Virus record (IMG/VR): IMGVR_UViG_3300028025_003904
Coordinates: 32,001-96,000 of that record
From: a virus
Length of the DNA stretch: 64,000 nucleotides
Reading direction: 5' to 3' (one strand)
Shown: in pieces, positions 57,392 through 64,000 of the stretch
Layout of the letters: each line of letters begins with the position of its first letter
Numbering within the stretch: the stretch's first letter is position 1
The notes under the pieces: model-generated
Seen by the model: the letters and a program-made list of their open reading frames with translations, nothing else
What the model was told of the DNA's origin: nothing
Database searches by the model: none
Translations under genes and position numbers: made by a program

Positions 57392-58323
57392 TATCTTAAA
57401 CTAGCTTCAAATCTGGAATTATGTTCTTCTAAATCTTTAAAATCTTTTGTACTATCGCAAAAATTACAAAAGGCTTCTCTTGGAAAAGTAAATCCGTATT
57501 TACAATTTATAGCACAATTTGTTTCGTATCCACATCCTTTTATTTCTTCAACTACTTTATCAAAATTATCATCATAATGCCAATGGTCACAATGTACCAT
57601 AATACCATTTTTTAACCAAGCTGATTTTAGTTGTTTACCCAATGCTTCCGCTTGGATTTCAGCCTGTCCCCAATGTGTTGATGATTTTAATTCTGTTGGA
57701 TTACCATTTTCATCATAAAATTCTTTTAAAGGTAATATACCTAAATCATAATATGATGAATTTTTACGGATATGCGGGTTATTGGTATAATCTCTTTCTT
57801 TTAATAAAACAAATTCATCTGTAACACTTTCTACATTTTTATCAGTAATCCAATATGCAAATCCAAATTGTCTGTTATCAACATCATGTTGATATTTTCG
57901 TAATTGTATTTGTTCAATACCATTGGCTTCCATCATTTCCAATGAATCATTTAACCACTCACTATTAAATCCGGCTATTTGTTCGGGTAATGTAATCCAA
58001 TCACCCTCTAAAAATAAAGTATATTTGTAATCTCTACAATAATGATTTAATCTGTTTATACCAGCACCAACTCCCAAATTTTGATTTGATTGAATTGGTA
58101 CAATATCTACTCTATCTTTCCATTTAGCTTGCAATTCATAGCAAGCATCTAATATCAATTTAGATTCACCATTTATCCATATAAACCATTTAAATCCACT
58201 ACAATTTGTTGATTGTAAAAATGTATTGATTGTAAGACTTAAAAATTTATCACGATTTAAACCATCGTGAGTTAAAGTTGCTATACAAAAATCTTTCATT
58301 TTGTTATTTATAAGGAGAACCAC
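57391..58323 (-). CDS. GT-A fold glycosyltransferase-like protein
   Basis: NLGVGAGIN, LFLEGDW and NNPH motifs. Confidence 0.65.
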   Translation of the reverse strand: MVLLINNKMKDFCIATLTHDGLNRDKFLSLTINTFLQSTNCSGFKWFIWINGESKLILDACYELQAKWKDRVDIVPIQSNQNLGVGAGINRLNHYCRDYKYTLFLEGDWITLPEQIAGFNSEWLNDSLEMMEANGIEQIQLRKYQHDVDNRQFGFAYWITDKNVESVTDEFVLLKERDYTNNPHIRKNSSYYDLGILPLKEFYDENGNPTELKSSTHWGQAEIQAEALGKQLKSAWLKNGIMVHCDHWHYDDNFDKVVEEIKGCGYETNCAINCKYGFTFPREAFCNFCDSTKDFKDLEEHNSRFEASLR

Positions 58324-58888
58324 CTACCCAAAGTACTAAACTTTTACGAGTCCCCTTTGTTACAGGTGTTACTCTATGTAATAAGAATGATGGAAATAAA
58401 ACTGCTGCTCCTTTTTGTTTTGGCATTGTTTGAAAATCACCATCGGACCACATTTCTAAATCACCACCTTCGTAATCATCCGGGTCTGATAATTGAATTG
58501 TAACACTTATTTTTCTATGATTTATACTACCTGGTCCAATATCGGTATGCCAACCATAGTGACCGCCACCTTCATAGTATTCAGTATATTGTATTGAATC
58601 TATAATAGAATGTAAGTTAAATTTCCATATTGCATTATTTGCTTCTATTGATAAATCTCTTATTCTATCATATACCCAAGCAGATTGACCATCGTGGTGC
58701 ATCCATTTAATTTTAGATTTTCTAAATTCAGTTGTATCACCTGCAATTGTACTTGCCGTTTCAAAACTATAACATTTTTGTAAATTACTTATCCACTCTA
58801 ATTCTTGTTCGCTAAATGCAGAATCAAATGAATAATAATTAGTTTGGTCTATTGTATTATCAATACTATATATTGGGTATAATTGCAT
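58304..58888 (-). CDS. PKHD/prolyl-hydroxylase-type 2OG-Fe(II) oxygenase
   Basis: WHTD...RKIS...YEGG...FPSFLLHRVTPVTKGTRKSLVLW. Confidence 0.88.
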   Translation of the reverse strand: MQLYPIYSIDNTIDQTNYYSFDSAFSEQELEWISNLQKCYSFETASTIAGDTTEFRKSKIKWMHHDGQSAWVYDRIRDLSIEANNAIWKFNLHSIIDSIQYTEYYEGGGHYGWHTDIGPGSINHRKISVTIQLSDPDDYEGGDLEMWSDGDFQTMPKQKGAAVLFPSFLLHRVTPVTKGTRKSLVLWVGGSPYK

Positions 58889-58897
58889 ATTTATTTT

Positions 58898-59515
58898 TTA
58901 TCTAAAAGTAGCTCCACCAACCCATAGTACTAAACTCTTACGAACTCCTTTTGTTACAGGTGTTACTCTGTGTAGTAAATAACTTGGGAATAGAATTACC
59001 GCACCCTTTTGTTTTGGCGCTGTTACTTTTCCACCATGTGTCCAAATTTCAAAATCACCACCTTCGTAATCATCCGGGTCTGATAATTGGATTGTAATAC
59101 TTATTTTGCGATGATTTAATGGGTGTGGGCCAACATCTAAATGCCAATCGTATCCACCTTGCTCTTCGCCAGTATATTCCGTATATTGTATAGCATCTTT
59201 TATAGATGCTAAATCAAATTTCCAAAGATTAAAATTTGCTTCTAATACTTGTTGCATTATTTTTTCATACATCCACTCCGTTTTATCTGCTTCGGGTGGC
59301 ATCCACTTAATATTAGATGTTCGAATAGAGTTTTCTTCTTTTTCACCATCGTTATTTTCAATTTCACTTTGTACAAGTGCTTCTTTAAAATCATACAATT
59401 TTGAAATTCGTAACACATTACGGATTTCTACATTACTAAATCCTTTTTCAAACCAATAATAATCTGTTTGAATTAGGTTAGGGTTTTGGGGAAAGCTTGG
59501 GTAAAATTCTAGCAT
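58898..59515 (-). CDS. PKHD/prolyl-hydroxylase-type 2OG-Fe(II) oxygenase (tandem paralog)
   Basis: WHLD...RKIS...YEGG...HRVTPVTKGVRKSLVLW. Confidence 0.88.
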   Translation of the reverse strand: MLEFYPSFPQNPNLIQTDYYWFEKGFSNVEIRNVLRISKLYDFKEALVQSEIENNDGEKEENSIRTSNIKWMPPEADKTEWMYEKIMQQVLEANFNLWKFDLASIKDAIQYTEYTGEEQGGYDWHLDVGPHPLNHRKISITIQLSDPDDYEGGDFEIWTHGGKVTAPKQKGAVILFPSYLLHRVTPVTKGVRKSLVLWVGGATFR

Positions 59516-59520
59516 AATAA

Positions 59521-60342
59521 TTATATTTTATATTTAAAGTAATCGTAAAACCATTTATATTTGTTGACAATATAGTTTGATGCGGTTTCTCCTAACACAT
59601 CCATATAATCTTCTTTAGGAGGTGTAAATTTATTTCTTATAGAATGGTCCGCATATGCACCATACATTTGGTCATTTTCGTGTGTTAATTGCTGTATATT
59701 ATTAAAATCGTGCTCATAATAAGGAATTTCCAAATATTCATATAATTCCTCCATTGTTTCTTTTGGAAACTGACAAAACTCTTCAAATTTAATAAAATGA
59801 ATATGTTTATCGTTTTTTTGTAAAATACATTCCCAAAGATTTTCTAATGGTAAATCAATCATATCTTCGTTTATCATATGGTCAATTCTTGTAATTGTTG
59901 AATTTCCCATTGGACGACTATAATCTGTAACATTAAAATCTAATAATGGATTTTTTCTGTATCGTTTCTCCATAGAAGAAAATATACTTCGTAAATCTCT
60001 AACCATAACCACAATTTTTGGATTTGGGTCATATTCATTTACAAAATTATATTCACCCACCCAACCTTTAAATTTATCAATAGCATATGGTTTATCAGTT
60101 AAACCACTATAATACCCATTTATTCCGTTTTTTAAAAAGGAAGTTAAACCTGGCATTAATTCTTTTTGATTTTGATTTTTAAATAGTACGTGATTTGTAA
60201 AAATATTACGAACTTGTAACATCATAACAAACACCCCAGATGTTGGGGATGGAAAAATATCAGGATTTTGACCTAATACATTTTGCAATAAAGTAGAACC
60301 ACTTCTTGGAAAGGAAGCATTATAAAAGACTCTTTTTATCAT
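59521..60342 (-). CDS. PAPS-dependent sulfotransferase
   Basis: FPRSGSTLL 5'-PSB loop; MVRDLRSIFSS 3'-PB motif; promoter at 60366-60397. Confidence 0.88.
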   Translation of the reverse strand: MIKRVFYNASFPRSGSTLLQNVLGQNPDIFPSPTSGVFVMMLQVRNIFTNHVLFKNQNQKELMPGLTSFLKNGINGYYSGLTDKPYAIDKFKGWVGEYNFVNEYDPNPKIVVMVRDLRSIFSSMEKRYRKNPLLDFNVTDYSRPMGNSTITRIDHMINEDMIDLPLENLWECILQKNDKHIHFIKFEEFCQFPKETMEELYEYLEIPYYEHDFNNIQQLTHENDQMYGAYADHSIRNKFTPPKEDYMDVLGETASNYIVNKYKWFYDYFKYKI

Positions 60343-60402
60343 TATAACTTTGATATATTATCTTACAAATATACCACTTTTTTATTTAAAAACCAAATTA
60401 TT

Positions 60403-60840
60403 TTATGGATTGTTTTCTTGAGTTGGTGGTACATAATTTTCATCCATATATATCCACTCTCTTCTTTGCTCTACAAAAACCCAATAGTCTATACCATCAA
60501 CAGGAACTTCCGGTTTTGCAAATTCTGGTTTTAATTCCCATTGATATGTAGTTGTATTTAATACATAACAAGGATTTTCGGGGTCTGTTAATAAAGGTAT
60601 TGGTGCGTAAAATGCATCTGCTTCGGCATCGTAATGATAACCTAATGATGCATAATTATATCGTAAAGCAACTCCACCATCTGGTAAACCATCTTGTCCA
60701 TAGTGTATCCCACCACGTGTATTATACGATGTTTGTATCCATAATGAAGGGTCTCCGTGTCTTTCGGAATCAATATCGGATTGCTCCGCTACGATTACAT
60801 CTACTACTATACCATCTTCTATTTTTGCAAAATGTCCCAT
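60403..60840 (-). CDS. Tail-fibre-associated hypothetical protein
   Basis: HFAKI...WIQTSYN...LRYNYA..G..YD...DAF motif, typically downstream of glycine-rich fibre genes. Confidence 0.7.
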   Translation of the reverse strand: MGHFAKIEDGIVVDVIVAEQSDIDSERHGDPSLWIQTSYNTRGGIHYGQDGLPDGGVALRYNYASLGYHYDAEADAFYAPIPLLTDPENPCYVLNTTTYQWELKPEFAKPEVPVDGIDYWVFVEQRREWIYMDENYVPPTQENNP

Positions 60841-60864
60841 ATTATATTTTTACTTTTAATTCTA

Positions 60865-61815
60865 TTATGTCCATCTAATAACAACTTTTCCACTACCACC
60901 ATTACCTGCGCCAGGTGCTCCCGGTGTATTTGCCCAAGCATTTATTTTTCCACCACCGCCGCCGCTTCCACGTGAACCTTCACCATGTGTTGCATTTATT
61001 CCATTCGGATTTGTTCCTGCACTACCTCTACCACCACCATTTCGTCCGTAACCTTCGTCTTGATTACCGTAACCTCCAGCTCCCCCACCTCCGCAGACGT
61101 TATATCCAGTAGGACCGCCATATGGAAAATATGAACCACCATCTCCGCCTGGTCCTCCTCCACCATTACGTCTTGCTCGACCAGCTTGGACACCTCCGCC
61201 TCCACCGCCTGAACCTTGACCAGCTCCTCCACCAGGACCTCCGGGATTACCTTGTGTACCATCACCCGCAGCTCCGCCATATGGTGCTCTACATCCACCA
61301 CCACCTGAACCACCGGGTGCTGTGGGTGCTAATCCAGCCCCGCCACCACCACCGGTTGCTTGAACGTTTCCTATGGATGAACCACCACCGGCAGAACCAG
61401 GTCCACCAGATGGTGCGCCTGCGCCTCCACCACCAACGGTTACACTAACAGGTGATGCTATATAATAATTAGTTTCAACTCTACCACCGGCTCCACCGCC
61501 TCCGCCGCCATCGGTATTATCACCCCAACCGCCGCCACCGGCTCCAGCTACTACTAATGTACCAAATGTTTTTCCACCACCAGTTAAAAGTGTACCAGGT
61601 GAGTTCCACTCTGCAAAGTTATGTCCACCAGAGTTAAATGTATATGCTCCTTGTGCGTTAGCAAAAAATGATGAATATCCCCAAAACTCACTCATAGAGT
61701 CTGGAGAAGACCTTCCAATAGCAGCTGATAATGTTCGTAGTGAACTATTACTATTACTTCTAGATAACTCTGCGTTTATCTGTGAAATTGATATTGTTCC
61801 CGATGGTAATGGCAT
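60865..61815 (-). CDS. Glycine-rich fibre-tip/adhesin protein
   Basis: LVVAGAGGGG, VTVGGGG and GGSGKVVIRW glycine-rich domain signature. Confidence 0.8.
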   Translation of the reverse strand: MPLPSGTISISQINAELSRSNSNSSLRTLSAAIGRSSPDSMSEFWGYSSFFANAQGAYTFNSGGHNFAEWNSPGTLLTGGGKTFGTLVVAGAGGGGWGDNTDGGGGGGAGGRVETNYYIASPVSVTVGGGGAGAPSGGPGSAGGGSSIGNVQATGGGGGAGLAPTAPGGSGGGGCRAPYGGAAGDGTQGNPGGPGGGAGQGSGGGGGGVQAGRARRNGGGGPGGDGGSYFPYGGPTGYNVCGGGGAGGYGNQDEGYGRNGGGRGSAGTNPNGINATHGEGSRGSGGGGGKINAWANTPGAPGAGNGGSGKVVIRWT

Positions 61816-61834
61816 AATATAATATTTTATTTAA

Positions 61835-62263
61835 CTATAAATATAAAACTTTTTTAATTTCTCTAAATGTTTCTCTCGGTTCACCATCTGTGCAAATTGA
61901 AATAAAGTCCTCTAATGGTTCTTCATAATTATCTACAAAGTATGTTTCCCTTCCTCTTTCTTTTGTAGTGTAAAGATATATTTCTTTTACATTACAATCT
62001 TTTTTTAATGCTTCACGAAGTTCTCTATAAGGTGCTACCATTGATATGATTACACCTTTATTTTCAGAGTCCAAATATCGAACTATATCAAATGATTTTT
62101 CAATATTTTTTAATCTTCCTTCTTTTGTATAATCGGTATTTGGAAATAACTTTCGCATCTTATCACCATCTATATGAAACATATGGTTTCCAAGATGCAT
62201 TTGTAACATTTTTGCCATTGTAGTTTTTCCACTACCCGGCTGTCCTATGAATAAATAAATCAT
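61835..62263 (-). CDS. cysC: Adenylylsulfate (APS) kinase-like protein
   Basis: GQPGSGKT, IDGDKMR, R..NI, SMVAPY...R and YEEP motifs. Confidence 0.8.
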   Translation of the reverse strand: MIYLFIGQPGSGKTTMAKMLQMHLGNHMFHIDGDKMRKLFPNTDYTKEGRLKNIEKSFDIVRYLDSENKGVIISMVAPYRELREALKKDCNVKEIYLYTTKERGRETYFVDNYEEPLEDFISICTDGEPRETFREIKKVLYL

Positions 62264-62317
62264 AACTCTATTTTAATTATAAACATAAAGTTACGATTTA
62301 TTCTTCACAATTCCAAA

Positions 62318-64000
62318 TTATTTATTCTTTAATTCGTCTAATTCAGCTTTCAATTCTTTGATTGCTTCTATAATAAGTGGAACAATCTTTTCGTATTTAA
62401 CCGTTAAGTAGTTCTCACCCGATTTAGATATAATTTCACCACTTTCTAATACTAATCTATCTATTGGTGCTAATACTACTACCTCTGGTAATACTTCTTG
62501 TACCTCTTGTGCCGATACTCCGACTTGTTGCTCATCTGTTGTATAACCCAATGATTTAGCCACATCACTATTTGTGTAGTGGAAACCATTTAATTGTTGT
62601 ACTTTTGATAATGCGTTTTCAATATTACCAATTCTTACTTTTAATCTATCGTCAGATGAATATGCCGTAATATCACCAGTTGCAGTAATTGCTCCTTGTA
62701 CCGCTATACCTCCGGTGAATGTACCACCACCAAATGGGTTTCCAGTTGGTCCAGTTGGTCCAGTTGCTCCTGTTGGGCCTGTTGCTCCTGTTGGTCCTTG
62801 TCTACCTTGTGGGCCTGTTGGTCCAGTTGGGCCTGTTGCTCCCGTTGCTCCTTGTGGTCCAGTTGCTCCCGTTCCACCCGTTGCTCCTTGTGGTCCAGTT
62901 GCTCCCGTTCCACCCGTTGCACCTTGTGGTCCAGTTGGTCCTTGTACTCCGTTTGCACCATTAGAGCCAGTTGCTCCAGATGTACCAGAAGTGGATGCTA
63001 TGTAAGATGTTCCATTTATAGTTAAATCACCAACTACACCAATTGAACCACTAACTCCTAAAGAACCAGTTATTTGAGTTGCCGATACTATGTTTACCAA
63101 TGTACCATTATCTGTAATGTTTGAGTTAGCAACGTGCTCTCTCCCACCACCTTTTAATAAACTATTAGCCGTAGGGTATGTTTCATTACCTAAATCATTA
63201 TATGTTTCTGGTCCTACCAAAAATACAGATGATGTTACAATAGTACCATCTCCTCTGTGTACAAATATAAATTCATCTAAAACTGAATCATAAAGGAATG
63301 AACCAGAACCACCCGTTGAACCACTATCTACTGAAACTACACCTGAAAATCTAACTGCTGGATTATCGGTATTTAATATTACTGTGTTTGTCCCAATACT
63401 TACCGCAGATGCAGTAATGTTTTGTACCGATGATGAACCTTGTACTACGAAATTAGAACTAACAAAAAGAGAACCAGTAATTACTTGAGTTCCAGTAAAT
63501 GTATTATCACCACTTAATTTAGCGTAAGTCGTTACTGCACTACCACTATATGCGGATGCTGATGCAAATGCTCCAGCTGCTGCTTGCGTAGCAGTTGTGA
63601 TATTATCAGTTTGAGTATTATTTGTTGTTGCAATACTTGCACTTAAAGCAGTTTCACCTGCTAAACTTGCAGAGAATGATGTTGCTGCACTAGCACTATA
63701 AGCAGATGCGGAAGCAAATGCCCCAGCTGCCGATGCAGATGCTGCAGTAATGTTGGTATTAGCTGATTGTGTGTAATCGTTGAATGAACCAGTAGTTGCG
63801 TAGATTTGTGCTACACCAGCTGATGATGAATTTGCTACTTGTTGAGTAACGTTTCCATTACCATCTACTACGTTGATTGAACCAGTTGTGATTTGAATAT
63901 TACCAATTTGAATACCACCACCCGCAATACCATTGATTGTGGTTACTACCTGATTTGTAGTTGGGTCAACCATTTTGATTGAAGCAGTAGAAATGTAAAG
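62318..64000 (-). CDS. Collagen-repeat tail fibre with S74 chaperone (5' end outside the window)
   Basis: Frame stays open to the window edge ([13 protein letters not shown]); SAS/TGS-rich, GPT/GAT collagen repeats; SDDRLK...AQEVQ...IIEAIKEL. Confidence 0.88.
   Translation of the reverse strand, partial: LYISTASIKMVDPTTNQVVTTINGIAGGGIQIGNIQITTGSINVVDGNGNVTQQVANSSSAGVAQIYATTGSFNDYTQSANTNITAASASAAGAFASASAYSASAATSFSASLAGETALSASIATTNNTQTDNITTATQAAAGAFASASAYSGSAVTTYAKLSGDNTFTGTQVITGSLFVSSNFVVQGSSSVQNITASAVSIGTNTVILNTDNPAVRFSGVVSVDSGSTGGSGSFLYDSVLDEFIFVHRGDGTIVTSSVFLVGPETYNDLGNETYPTANSLLKGGGREHVANSNITDNGTLVNIVSATQITGSLGVSGSIGVVGDLTINGTSYIASTSGTSGATGSNGANGVQGPTGPQGATGGTGATGPQGATGGTGATGPQGATGATGPTGPTGPQGRQGPTGATGPTGATGPTGPTGNPFGGGTFTGGIAVQGAITATGDITAYSSDDRLKVRIGNIENALSKVQQLNGFHYTNSDVAKSLGYTTDEQQVGVSAQEVQEVLPEVVVLAPIDRLVLESGEIISKSGENYLTVKYEKIVPLIIEAIKELKAELDELKNK

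Noticed and set aside
38790-62770. Diversity-generating retroelement TR/VR pair
   Set aside because: Differences between repeated fibre segments are synonymous, not adenine-specific, and no reverse transcriptase is visible.
5523-63293. Plus-strand and alternative-frame ORFs in the track
   Set aside because: Antisense or off-frame shadows of minus-strand genes, especially over collagen repeats; no motifs or promoters support them.
1-64000. Stop-codon reassignment as in Lak or some crAss-like phages
   Set aside because: Core genes are full length in the standard code, and TAA, TAG and TGA all end genes at expected positions.

Overview
A 64 kb, AT-rich segment of a large contractile-tailed (T4-like/jumbo) phage, with essentially all real genes on the minus strand. 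Repeated TTTG-N19-20-TAnnTTTG promoters point to a Bacteroidetes host. From the window start: an RNA island (10 complete tRNAs plus a truncated one, a ~840-nt GNRA-rich GOLLD-like RNA, small orphan RNAs, initiator-type tRNA-Met, tmRNA, four 2OG-Fe(II) oxygenases); accessory and DNA-modification genes; a replication block (thioredoxin, PhoH, NrdAB, helicase, 5'-3' exonuclease, RecA/UvsX, SSB, compact PolA); baseplate, tape measure, tube and sheath; collagen-like fibres, three large paralogous virion proteins, and a glycosyl/sulfo/hydroxyl-transfer island. The top finding is absent from the ORF track: a 47-codon leader peptide (1004-1147, minus) using 19 of 20 amino acids in its first 27 codons and 27 different codons in its first 29. 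It overlaps an antiterminator/terminator pair directly upstream of the tRNA array. This looks like a ribosome-coupled attenuator that would switch on phage tRNAs when any host tRNA is depleted or cleaved. All family assignments come from motif recognition by eye; no searches were run.
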